Positions 11,199-24,100 of a DNA stretch of 64,000 nt are shown here, one piece after another (position 1 is the first letter of the stretch; every line of letters starts with the position of its first letter). Below the pieces are notes generated by a model, which was not told the origin of the DNA, did not search any database, and saw only the letters and a program-made list of their open reading frames with translations. The stretch comes from Macrostomum hystrix (Eukaryota > Animalia > Platyhelminthes). Position numbers and translations under genes: made by a program. Where the stretch lies: positions 23,498,001 through 23,562,000 of the forward strand of contig CATNEN010000038.1 in assembly GCA_950097015.1 (NCBI GenBank), given 5' to 3'.

Positions 11199-12730
11199 TT
11201 TGACTGTGTTCAACATTTTATTTTACTTCGTTTTTTTCAATGACTGTCAGTGGTGTAATTAGCATTCAGTTTTCTCAGGTAGGGGAGAAATCCTAGAGAT
11301 TAGGACCGGAAAGGGAAGATCTGATCCGGATTCCCCCTGGAAATCCTATTGGCATTCCCCAGGGATGCCCGATCGGGATTCCCTATTGGGGTTCCCTATC
11401 GGAATTCCCCTTGAAATCCTATTGGGATTCCCGAGGGACACCCAATCGGGATTCCCTATTGGAATTCACCATGGAAATCCTATCGAAATCCAATTGATAT
11501 GCTCAAGAAATCCTATCAGGAGTCCCCAAGAAAATTTAATCGAAATTTCCCAGATAGCCCTACAGATATTCACAATTAATTGTCGATAAAAATTGGATCA
11601 ATGTATACCGTTAAGGAAAGCTTATGCTTTATGCTTATTGAATCTAGTGCATAGATCCTCAAGTGTTTAGGATCGACTATTTACTTTTTTCTTCCTAAAG
11701 CAAACTGATATAGCTATGATAGCTCAGCGTAAAAATTTACACAACTCTTCGAACTTTGTGTCCTACGTATCCTAAAGTTCATTTTCGCGATTGCGTCATC
11801 CGAATTCCTTCAATAACGAGTTTTTTTAGCGAAAAAAACATTTGACTTCAATTTATTGCTTATATTTTTTGCTTTCCGCAGGAAATTGAATTTTGCAAAG
11901 TTGCTCGGGTAGAAAATCTTAAGCAAAATTTTGTGCATGGTATTTTATGCGGCTGAATACGCTGTAAATCTGTCTAAAATTTGTCGCAAATTTACTAACA
12001 TTTCTACTCATAGTAGTCTGCCTCGTTTGGCAATGTCTTTATTTTTTGTTTCCGAAAAGTTCTAAACTTGCCACGCTATCGATAATTCACTTCAACTTAC
12101 CCTATTCAATATTTTTGCTTTGTTTTTTGTCTTCGCCTCAAAATACGATCGATGTGTTTTGTTTAAAATTGTGAACAAAGAATCACTTTATTATTATTAC
12201 CAAGACGGCTCCGAAGCAACCTCGTTTCCGACCGTGCATTTAACTACGCGAATATATTTTATGTTTTCTTCATGCCAAGTAACTAGCTTGGCCTACAGAA
12301 AACAATGCCGAAAAATTCTATTTCTGCTTTAATAATCATATCGCACTACTTACCACTAATTATTTTATTAGTATGTACTTCAGTAAATGTATTTTTTCAA
12401 TTTGATTTTTATTAATTTTTACGAGTATTGGTATTGTCAATAATTGGTGATAATATGAACAGCGAGTGATTTGAGCTGTTATTATACTCAGCCCAACAAA
12501 AAATGTATTGCTTTGCTATCAATATAATCTTTCTCTATTGCTCTATCAAAGTGCTTCAACTAGCCCGCTAGTCCAAAAGGCGGACCTTCTCTGCTGGGAT
12601 AAAATTTAATTTACTGCTTCAACATTGTGTTCATATCTTCATTTCTTATTAATCCTGACTTGTGACCATGGTCTGTAGGAGTCAGCAGCTGAAGCAAAAA
12701 CATATTTAATGGCTCAAAATGTATAATTTA

Positions 12731-13078
12731 TCGAGGGTTCGCGACCCCTAGCGAATTGAGGGTTCGCGACCCCTAGCGAATCGAGGGTTCGCGACCCCTA
12801 GCGAATCGAGGGTTCGCGACCCTTAGCGAATCGAGGGTTCGCGACCCCTAGCGAATCGAGAGTTCGCGACCCTTAGCGAATCGAGGGTTCGCGACCCCTA
12901 GCGAATCGAGGGTTCGCGACCCCTAGCGAATCGAGGGTTCGCGACCCTTAGCAAATCGAGGGTTCGCGACCCTTAGCGAATCGAGGGTTCGCGACCCCTA
13001 GCGAATTGAGGGTTCGCGACCCCTAGGGAATTGAGGGTTCGCGACCCCTAGCGAATCGAGGGTTCGCGACCCCTAGCG
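12731..13078. repeat. Minisatellite, 25-bp unit TCGAGGGTTCGCGACCCCTAGCGAA (~14 copies)
   Basis: Near-perfect tandem copies with an internal GGGT-TCGCG-ACCC hairpin. Confidence 0.95.
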
Positions 13079-13774
13079 TTTTTTTTCAACTACAATCGAG
13101 GTAACATTTTTTCTTAACATTTATGTCCAACAAAAATGCTTACAATTTCGACGCCACATAAAAACTTCCTGTAGATAAAGACAATACGTTAAAATGTTTA
13201 TATTTCTACTAAGCAGAAAGTAGTATAAAAAACGTACAACTAAAATTTGCGTGAATTGCCCATCTAGAAAATATAAGTATCTGTGGAACTTGGTAGTTTA
13301 ATACTGAGCTTGTGGCGGCCAGACGATACGCGACCAGAGTGCAGTGCAGTTGCACTTACAACGCCTCCGCCTCAGACTGGGGTGGGGTGGGTGCACCTAG
13401 CCAGCCGGATTGCTTAGACTGGGGGTTACAAAAGTACGCCAACTTTAAGCACCTCCCTGCAGGTGCGTAAAAGGTGAATGGGAGGCTCGCTGATAATAGT
13501 TGAATAGTCCATGCAATTTATGACTTTAATTGTTTAATAAATAAATGTACGATAAGAATAGATACTAATAATTAGTAATAACTAATAAATGGTAGGTTAA
13601 AAGAACAAAGACTAACTAATATGCAAAACATGGCTGTCTGTTTGCCTGCAACAAAAAATAAAGCGGCTTCATCATCGGCCGCTGCGGCGTCCGCGGGTAA
13701 ATGATCGGCGGCTTCTGCATCAGCGGCAGCAGCAGCTGATGACTGGCCGGCTGGCTTAATATAAAAATAATATT

Positions 13775-14125
13775 AATTGCAGGAGGGCTGCGGGCAATGG
13801 TACATTAATTCGTGACACTAGACCCGCAGCCAGCGAGGAGGCATTTCTGCCCATTTCGCTGACTCCTGAGCACACACGCACACAGATACTGTACGCAGGC
13901 ATACGCTCACACAGGTGTGTACATCTGCCCTGACTTTCTCATCGTCAGGCAGTCTCACTGCGCTATATGTAGGTTGGCCCTTCAAGGGAGTAATTTGCAC
14001 GACAAGCCACCAAGCCTTCTCTCCGCGGCTGCGCCCCAAATAGATGTGGCCTCGCCGCGGAATCGAACTTAGGGACCTTGGTGCGAGAGGCAAACGCGTT
14101 ATCCGCTTTGCCACCGACCCCCCCC
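13775..14125 (-). mobile_element. SINE family A, near full length
   Basis: The minus strand reads GGGTCGGTGGCAAAGCGGATAACGCG (A box) ... AAGTTCGATTCC (B box), then the family-A body and an AT-rich tail. Confidence 0.88.
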
Positions 14126-14664
14126 CGGCCGGCAGGCTACAGGTTAATTCTGCTCTACACAATAGTTTCATTTCCATCGACTAGAATAATCTAAAGAACT
14201 ACAGGCATCTTAGGAACCACTGTGTTCTTTGCTTTTTGGTTTTTCTCGGCAGCACTTTCATGTCGTACAATCATCTCGACGCTTTTTCGTGTCTCATTTT
14301 TATTATTAATAGTCCAATTTGCGTACATAACGAAATATTCGCAATTTCATCGCCCTCGCAAGCGTTTAATATTTAGTGCATGTTGCAACAATAGTTGACA
14401 GCTCAGTGTAAGGCTCAGGAACAGTCAAATCTGCGTCCAATGCAACTGAGGCCAAAGTATAAATGGCAGTACAGAATCTGCAAATATCCGTGAGTTATCA
14501 ATGATTTATGGCTACTTCCGATGGGAGAGCAACTGCGGAACATCCGATCCGATCTAGCGGGAACTGGGCACTGCTTCTCATTCTGTCTGCTTCTTCCTCA
14601 TTCTCATCTCACCTTGTCTCTTAACATCCTTCTCGCCATTTTCTGATTCGCTCTTCCTCTCCCG

Positions 14665-15372
14665 TCCGCTGCCTCATCTCTTCCATGCCTCATCTCTCCC
14701 ATGTCTCATCTCTCCCTGTCTCATCTCTCCCTGTCTCATCTCTCCCTGTCTCATCTCTCCCTGTCTCATCTCTCGCGTCCGCTGCCTCATCTCTCCCATG
14801 TCTCATCTCTCCCGTGTCTCATCTCTCCCATGTCTCATCTCTCCCGTGTCTCATCTCTCCCATGTCTCATCTCTCCCGTGTCTCATCTCTCCCATGTCTC
14901 ATCTCTCCCGTGTCTCATCTCTCCCGTGTCTCATCTCTCCCGTGTCTCATCTCTCCCGTGTCTCATCTCTCCCGTGTCTCATCTCTCCCATGTCTCATCT
15001 CTCCCGTGTCTCATCTCTCCCGTGTCTCATCTCTCCCATGTCTCATCTCTCCCGTGTCTCATCTCTCCCATGTCTCATCTCTCCCGTGTCTCATCTCTCC
15101 CGTGTCTCATCTCTCCCGTGTCTCATCTCTCCCATGTCTCATCTCTCCCGTGTCTCATCTCTCCCGTGTCTCATCTCTCCCATGTCTCATCTCTCCCGTG
15201 TCTCATCTCTCCCGTGTCTCATCTCTCACGTGTCTCATCTCTCCCTGTCTCATCTCTCCCTGTCTCATCTCTCCCTGTCTTATCTCTCGAGTCCGCTGCC
15301 TCATCTCTCCCGTGTCTCATCTCTCCGTGCCTCATCTCTCCGCTATCTCACATCATTCTGTCTCATCTCTCC
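14665..15372. repeat. Minisatellite, 16-bp unit GTGTCTCATCTCTCCC
   Basis: Tandem copies; the same unit occurs at 53641-54152. Confidence 0.95.
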
Positions 15373-16789
15373 AATGACTCTACCCAATGTCACTTCCCGT
15401 AGCCGTGTTATTCAGCCCGTCGTAGTATTTTGTATTTTGTCAGTTTGAACCTCGCACTAGACTATATAGTCGCATTGCAAGTACGGTTCGCAAGTCGCCG
15501 ACCCTGGGCTACAGTCTTGTCTCTCCAGTTGAAATGCACTCACTCTCTTGTTCCTTGGTCAACAAATGTCAGAATAATCAATCCACATTTCTGCCCAACC
15601 ATAGCAACAAATCTCTTTGAGCACAAGTTAGCTTTCCCCCGCGTTCGGCAAGCATGTCAATCAATTTCAGTTTCTAACGCAGCTGAGAGTAACAAAAAGT
15701 ACTCGTGGGTAGATTAAGAAGATAATAAAAGGCTTTAAACATTGGTTCCCGCGCCTCGATCTATATCTAGAGGTAGAGATAGTTCATTCTGAACACTATG
15801 TTTTAGATAATCCTTTAGCTAGGACTCAACTGAGTACTCTTGTTAAGTACATGCTAGTATAGGCCCGACTGGTCTGTCCCGCAAATACACTGGGCAGATA
15901 GGCAATTGCTGATGCACTAACTAGGAGCTAGGAGCAAATCACAGATTAATTTTCTTTTATATAACGGATTTTCTAAAATTTGGTTTTACAAGAATCGTAA
16001 AATAGTTTCTTCGTTCTATTTAAATCTTGTGAGCTATATCGACAAAGGAAGTTTAACAAAATAGGTGAATGTACATTTAGAGAATTGATAAGGATTGCTT
16101 TTTGAGTACCTCCTCACTCATGCCCCCACTGTACTCATCTGTACTCTCTCCCTCTTCCCCAGCAGAATGTTCTATCCCACTCAGAAATGTACAATTTTAG
16201 GATAGGGAAATGAGGAAAAGGAATACCAACAGACATTCTAACCAAGGGCGAGTGTATCGCCTACTGTACACTATATTTGAGTAGGCTCCGAAGCTCCATT
16301 TAACCTCTTATTTCTGTTGCGTCTGTAGAGACAACAAGAAAAATTTAAATTCTCGTCGCTAACTGTCGGGTAAGTTTTGGTTTCTTGTTTTTCCCAACAA
16401 TTATAGTCAGCAAAAACAAGAAATATTTTAAGACAGATCTGAATTCGCTATCATGCAGGGTCAGAGCTAGTCTTATTTGGCTCATAATTTCCGGTTAAGA
16501 TCAGTAGCGCCTTTCTGATCCAGAACCACCGATAGCTGTAATTGCATAAACTGTTTATCAGTAGGCCATTGCGTGGCGACAGGCAATGAATCGTACAGAC
16601 TCCAGTTTATGAGGCTTAACTAAATGCAGACTGTTTAGCTATGCAATTTCGCATTTCCAAGTCTAGTCTTTCTGCACTTAAGTTGTGATTTTGTCTTCGC
16701 CTTATACGAGCGCAGATTAACTTCTTTCTATGCGTGTTTAATGTCCATAAAAATTTCAGACACCTTTCAAGATACCCTCTGCTTCTTCC

Positions 16790-17270
16790 TCATCCTCTCC
16801 TCTCCTCTCGTCTGCTCTCCTCTCCTCTCGTCTGCTCTCCTCTCCTCTCCTCTCCTCTCGTCTGCTCTCCTCTCCTCTCGTCTGCTCTCCTCTCCTCTCC
16901 TCTCCTCTCCTCTCCTCTCGTCTGCTCTCCTCTCCTCTCCCCTCCCCTCCTCTCCTCTCCTCTCCTCTCCTCTCCTCTCCTCTCCTCTCGTCTGCTCTCC
17001 TCTCCTCTCCCCTCCTCTTCTCTCCTCTCCTCTCGTCTCCTCTCCTTTCCTCTCCCCTCCTCTTCTCTCCTCTTCTCTCGTCTCCTCTCCTTTCCTCTCC
17101 TCTCGTCTGCTCTCCTCTCCTCTCCCCTCCTCTCCTCTCCTCTCCTCTCCTCTCCTCTCGTCTGCTCTCCTCTCCTCTCCCCTCCTCTCCTCTCCTCTCG
17201 TCTCCTCTCCTTTCCTCTCCCCTCCTCTCTTAACCTCACCTCTCTCCTCTCTCATCTTTTCTCTCCTCAC
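16790..17270. repeat. (CTCCT)n polypyrimidine satellite
   Basis: Directly visible. Confidence 0.95.
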
Positions 17271-17834
17271 TGTCTCACGAAAAAGTAGAATTTTAATAGC
17301 TAGCAGGCCGATACAAAAAGGTAAGTTTTCCTGTCTTGCGAACAAGAAACCCCCTCCCTCCGAAGTTGAATTTCTCCAGGCAAGACAGACGCTAACACAC
17401 ACAAATATAGAACCAAAATTAAGTGTTAACACGCCGAAAGAGACAAAATAAAAAGCGAAATCACCGGTAGCTTCAAGCCTAAAATGTAGGACGGCCAGTT
17501 AGTTGCAGTTGTCATTGCTTAGCAAACAGTAAACACCATACAGCAGTGTTATTCACCTGACCGACCAAACTAGACCTAGGAGACGAAATTCTCAATCATT
17601 AGCTCTTCTGAAGTTTGCAATTACAAAAATTTGGCGACTATTCGGAGCAGAAAAAAAGCAACCTGAACATATTGTTAATCCAGTAAATTTATTTCAATAT
17701 CCGAATATTTTAACAAGAGTAATAACTAAAAGAAATGGCTATTAAAGGTCATCCTTGTATTGCTTTTCAGACCAGGTAAGTTTTTAAACTCCAAAACTGT
17801 ACCGATCATTATTGATTATAGCTTTAGAATGCGA

Positions 17835-18040
17835 CCTGACCCAATGTAATTACACCTGACACAATGTAATTACACCTGACACAATGTAATTACACCTGAC
17901 ACAATGTGATTACACCTGACACAATGTAATTACACCTGACCCAATGTAATTACACCTGACCCAATGTAATTACACCTGACACAATGTAATTACACCTGAC
18001 ACAATGTGATTACACCTGACCCAATGTAATCAGACCTGAT
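17835..18040. repeat. Minisatellite, 20-bp unit ACAATGTAATTACACCTGAC
   Basis: About 10 tandem copies ending near the acceptor at 18063. Confidence 0.95.
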
Positions 18041-18076
18041 CCACTTAAACCTGACCATTGCAGATCTCTATCACTG

Positions 18077-18121
18077 ATGGAGCCGCTGCATGAGTGCCTG
18101 ATGGAAAGCGATCCACAGCAT

Positions 18122-18160
<39 letters not shown>

Positions 18161-21100
18161 CGATTTCAGACGATACAGCAGCCGCCTCATCCTCGTGACT
18201 ACGGGCTGTACCGCAAGCGCGAATCTTCCACCGCGTCATCCGGTGGTCAGGTCGGCAGTGGAGTCAGCCGCAGCAGCTCGAAAGCTTCTGTGGGCTGCCA
18301 TTCAAGCCACCGGGACAGCAGAAATCTTGACGAAGTGTTGGAACAACTCAACATGGACCTCGGCAGCTTGAGACTGCACGGACAGTACGGTGAGAAAACT
18401 GGGTAAAGTAGATTGAGGAGACAGGGAAGGAAGAGGGGTGGCAGAGGGGAAGCAGATAGTTGTGAATGGATTGGAGACAGAATGGATGCAACTGTCAGAT
18501 TAGCACACATGCCACATGCTACTTACAGTACAGTAGCGTCAAGAAAAAGCTTTACAAATACGCAATAAATAAAGTGTTGAAGTGTGAGTCAGCCAAGAGC
18601 AGCTAGTGATATTAGCGGAGCGAAATTAATCTGTAGCAGGCAGCATATACTGCAAGCATTGCGAATTGACCTGCACCAAAGTGCAATAAAAAACGCAACT
18701 GCCTCAATTTCTTGTCAGTGGTTCTTGTAAAATCGATTGGTATTAGTAAAATACACAGCTAAAGCAGTATGCAGCTAAGTGAGAGTTGTGTTGCATTTTG
18801 CTACAGTTGTGTAAGATTCAACACACACAAACATTGCGAGGCTGCACAGTTTAACTTATTCTCTCGGGTATAAAACGTCTCGTGGGACGAAATATGGACT
18901 TTCACTGTTTCTCTCAGTGGTGAATCAGTGGTCTTACAGTTGGTGGAAGCAGAAAGTTCTTAGCCAGTATGCCCATAAGGAGTGGCGGCAAATCTACGAG
19001 GTCACAGCCAGTGCTGATCAGTAAGTATAAAAAAATAAACGTCATTTTTTCGCCAATCTAGAACTTAAAAAAAGACAGATTTTCTGCGCTTTCCATTCTA
19101 CGAGTATATGCGTAGATCAGCCCGTCAACTGTCACGTGATCTGATCTATCTGATCTATGCCTTAGCTAGATAGCTAGATCACTCTCTTCTCTTCTTTTGT
19201 CGTCTTCTGATTGGCCCGTCTCTGAACCTCCAAGCCGCATTCTTTAACCCCTTCTTTCCGGCACCAACACAATCGCTATTGTCAATCTAAATGATAATTT
19301 GGATATTCAAAACGATCTAGTGTGTCTGGTCTCATGCTATCGGATGGGTCTGCAGACGCCTCACTGGCTGTCCCTTGATTGAGCGGCCTTGGGAGCGCCT
19401 AAGCCAAAGGTTGAATCCCGTCTCATCAAGGTAGACGGTAATTTGAACTGCAGGATCCAGATGTAGCATAAAATCCGCGTACTCTCTCTGGGCGCAGGTC
19501 ACTTAAGGTGGAAAACGTGTTGTTCTCCAGCTCCAGCTTGTTCTGAAGGCTGGCCTTCGTCACCTCGTCCACTTTGCATTTTTGCTCTCCTTTAGCCACC
19601 TCTTGGTAACGCTTGAACCCTTCCTTCCTGCGTATATGCTCGCATGATTGTATACGCAGTTGCAATGGGTATTTGCAGGTTGCCTGTCGACTGAGGATAT
19701 TGGCGGAGAGCAAGGCAAGGGAGTGTTTCAGCTTTCCCTTCCGAATTTTATCATTTTGGTTGTCTCTAGTCTATGGTCGAAAGGGTGAATTTTCTTCTGA
19801 GTGTCTGAACTCATTCTCGTATTGGCTGTCCAAACGTCTATGTTCTCTAGGGGGGCGAGCCATTGTAGCCATTATCGTTTTGAATGCCTAAATTATCACT
19901 TAATATCGAAAAGCCAAGCAAAAAATATTGTTTAAGACTTTCGCATTGGTACACTGGTTACCTAATAACTTTATTGGTGATAAAATAATATTTCGTTAAG
20001 TTAAATTAGATCTGATTTTTAAATTATCAATGATAACTTTTTTAAAGTACATAAAACATGTGAGAAAAGTTCATAAAAATGTTAAAAGTACGTAAAAATG
20101 AAAAGTCGAGCATATTGCCGTTAGAGTTAAAAAACTAGCACAAAAATGCTACTTTAAAATGGTTTTCCATTGACATTTTTCAGTTGATAGCATAAAGATA
20201 GCATATTAAACGGAGCAGTATTATTTCAACTAATCGATTTATAGCGATCTTGAATTATCCCATCGACCTGGCTGTGTTGGTCGGTGATCGAGCCATTGAC
20301 CTCGTTTGGTTAGTCAAAATCGTTAGAGTTGTAGTTTTTGGCTTGCGACTCAGCCACCGAGGCAATAAAATACTTTATAGATGAGGTTGCCAGCAGAATC
20401 TGATTAAATGATGCGATTCTTACCTCTTAGCAATGAAATGCTCGTGACTTGCCTTTCCCGGCTCTCTCCTACCACTCTTATCTCTCCCATCTTATCCCAT
20501 CTCTCCCACCCCTTCGATCTTTCCCATCTATCCAATCTCTCCCATCTCTCCCACCACTCCCATCTCTACCATCTCTCATATCTCTCATATCTCTCCATCT
20601 CTCCCATCTCTCCCGCTATCTAATTTCTCCCAACACTCTTATCTCATCCATCTATCCCACCACTCCCACTTCCATTATTCCCATCTCACATTAATGATGA
20701 CGACGACCGCGTGAACTCCACTGTAGATGAACATAACTGTGCGGATTTTGTTAGCGCTGATTTGCAGGCAGTCCTGAAAATGTTTTCATGCAAGCAGCTT
20801 TAGATAATTAAAGTAGAATCCACTAGAATCCACTAGAATCCACTAGAATCCACTAGAATCGACTAGAATCGACTAGAATCCACTAGAATCGACTAGAATC
20901 GACTAGAATCCACTAGAATCCACTAGAATAGACTAGAATCCACTAGAATCCACTAAAATCCACTAGAATCCACTAGAATCGACTAGAATCCACTAGAATC
21001 CACTAGAATCCACTAGAATCGACTAGAATCGACTAGAATCCACTAGAATCCACTAGAATCGACTAGAATCCACTAGAATCCAGTAGAATAGACTAGAATC

Positions 21101-24100
21101 CACTAGAATCCACTAAAATCCACTAGAATCCACTAGAATCGACTAGAATCCACTAGAATGCACTAGAATCCACTAGAATCCACTAGAATCGACTAGAATC
21201 CACTAGAATCCACTAGAATCCACTAGAATCCACTAGAATCCACTAGAATCGACTAGAATCCACTAGAATCCACTAGAATAGACTAGAATCCACTAGAATC
21301 CACTAAAATCCACTAGAATCCACTAGAATCGACTAGAATCCACTAGAATGCACTAGAATCCACTAGAATCCACTAGAATCGACTAGAATCCACTAGAATC
21401 CACTAGAATCCACTAGAATCCACTAGAATCCACTAGAATCGACTAGAATCCACTAGAATCCACTAGAATCCACTAGAATCGACTAGAATCCACTAGAATC
21501 CACTAGAATCGACTAGAATCCACTAGAATCCACTAGAATCCACTAGAATCCACTAGAATCCACTAGAATCCACCACTAGAATTCACTAGAATCCACTAGA
21601 AGTCACTAGAATCCACTAGAAGTCACTAGAATCCACTAGAATCGACTAGAATCCACTAGAATCCACTAGAATCCACTAGAATCCGCTAGAATCTACTAGA
21701 ACAGCTGCAGAGCACACCTGTTTATGTATGGCGCCTGATGCTCTAGCTTTCTTCAAATCGTAGATATCGCTACAGTAGCCAGCCACATTCGGCCTGGTTA
21801 TTTCCCTCTTGTCGAAGCTATTCAAGGAGCTGCAACAGTGGATAGGCAGCATCAGACGTGCCGGTTTCTTAGAAATTAGGTCCAAATTCAAGTCAACCTG
21901 CACATCTGAATTGGCTGTCAGTTTCTTGTACCAGGTGGAGTTCTCGTACAGGGTAATTGAGGCATCACTGCCCGCCCAGCCGCAGCACAGCTCCTAGAAG
22001 AAGGACGATGTGTGACATTTTAGTGGACTTGAGGCCGGATAGTTCAAAGGTTATGTACTTTAAAGAGGAGTTTTAAGGACAGTTTAAAGTACTTAAGCCA
22101 GAGTAGGCTAGACTCCAATAATACATAAACGATGACGTGTACAAGTACACAATGCGGGACAGGTTAAAGTAGCAATCCAAAAAGTAGCTTGAAAGTTTGA
22201 AAGTACATTAAGCGGGAAAAATAGAAGTACACATGCTCGACAGTAAAAGTACGCAAGGGAGAGGAGTTAAAAGTACGTAAGGGGTCAGATTGAACTGCGT
22301 GAACAATGCTCCACAAAGCCTTACAAATAAAACGGGCAGTTGTCAATTTGACAAACCTTTTCAGCGAAACCATTCACAGCCTTAGTAAACTGACTCGTGG
22401 TGACATTTTCATAGCTGCCGTACAATACGATGACCTCGCTCATTGCGACCATTGTTGAGCCGAACGCTTTCTGGTAAGACAGCAGCATAAGTACGCAAAG
22501 AGCTATGCGAAATACGGAGTCAAATGCGACAACAACCAGCAGCTGAGGGTATTGATGCGAAATAATTTATTATCCGGATAATAATGTTATTACCATTACC
22601 AGACAAACGTAGGAACAGATTGACGATACACAAATACGAAATGGCTGAACATGAAACCTAGAAATATGGATATCCAGGATAGAGACGGAAAACAGCAAAA
22701 AAACTGAAAATTCGCAAACAAAAATACAGAAAATTACTCACAGAATAACAGACAATAACAGAAATAAATACAGATAAAAACAGACACAAAAACAGACAAC
22801 TACAGACACCAAAACAGACAACTACAGACACCAAAACAGACAACTACAGACACCAAAACAGACAACTACAGACACCAAAACAGACAACTACAGACACAAA
22901 AACTGGCAACTACAGACACCAAAACAGACAACTACAGGTAACAAAAACAGCCAACTACAGACACCAAAACAGACAACTACAGACACCAAAACAGACAACT
23001 ACAGACACAAAAACTGGCAACTACAGACACAAAAACAGACAACTACAGGTAACAAAAACAGACAACTACAGGTAAAAAACAGACAACTACAGGTAAAAAA
23101 CAGACAACTACAGGTAAAAAAACTGACAAACTACAGACACAAAAACAGACAACTACAGACACCAAAACAGACAAATTCAGACTAAAATGCAGAAAAATAC
23201 AGACACAGATCAGATATGAGACGTTACCAATGTTGTGATGATGAATTTAGTGGCGGTACAGAATGCTACGACACCGCACAGACCAACTAGTGTGCTGCAA
23301 ATGGCCAAAACGAATGACAATACCCTCTGCAATTTGTCCAATCTCGAAGCGACTGCTTTGGTGAATTCTGGCGATTCTTTGCCCAAATGTTGCACTGTTT
23401 CAACATCGAATAGCAGCATAGTTATGCCGATGGATAATAACAGGAAGCTTAGAAACTCAAGAGAGACTCCGAAAAGTTTTGATGAACTTGCCATTGCAGT
23501 TAAAAATTCTTCTCAATACTTCTTGCTGTCTCGAACTTGTTTACATAAAACAATATAATAGCCTCTCTGGGGCTTCAGATCATGAAGGAGTAGTCTATGG
23601 GTTTGACCATAGACTATATCGAGAGAATTGCCTTGGGCCAGATTTGTATGCATTGAGCTCGATTCCGAAGCGAGACCATTTTAATTTGGGGCGCGGCCGT
23701 TGTGAGAAGGCTTTGGTGGCTTGTCGTACAATTTAATGTACACACCACACCTGTTTGAGTGTATGCCTGCGTTCCGTGGGGATACACTCATACAAAATTT
23801 AGAACTATTCGCACTATCCGATAAAAAGATAAACCTTTCTGCTGCCAGGAGTCAGCGAAATGGGCGGAATAGCCTTCTCGCTGGCTGCGTGTCTACTATG
23901 ACCAAATTATTGGGCTTATTTCTAAGAAACAAAGGACAGCCAATCAGATTTCTTGGCCAATCAAATTTTAGGATTTAGAAGCCTGCCCAACGCGCAGTCC
24001 AGTCTAAGCTGCAGCACGCCCCAGCAGAAGCGCAGCGCGGCCAACAGCGGCTGCGGCGGCGCTTCGAGCTGGCGCTCCAGTCGCGAGGAGGCCGACCTGA

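Noticed and set aside
12731-13078. CRISPR-like palindromic repeat array
   Set aside because: Units are contiguous with no unique spacers, the context is eukaryotic and there are no cas genes.
13360-13760. Minus-strand exon-like pieces (AAAADAEAADHL..; CAG|97 nt|GTAAGT)
   Set aside because: They could not be linked into a coherent ORF or a recognisable protein.
14685-17451. Long ORFs SHLSRVSSLPCLISP.., SSPLL.. and RGEER..
   Set aside because: These are translations of 16-bp and 5-bp satellites, open in several frames.
19010-19030. CAGTGCTGATCAG as a Tc1-like TIR for the transposase fossil
   Set aside because: No matching inverted copy was found, and it overlaps a conserved RhoGAP exon end and donor.
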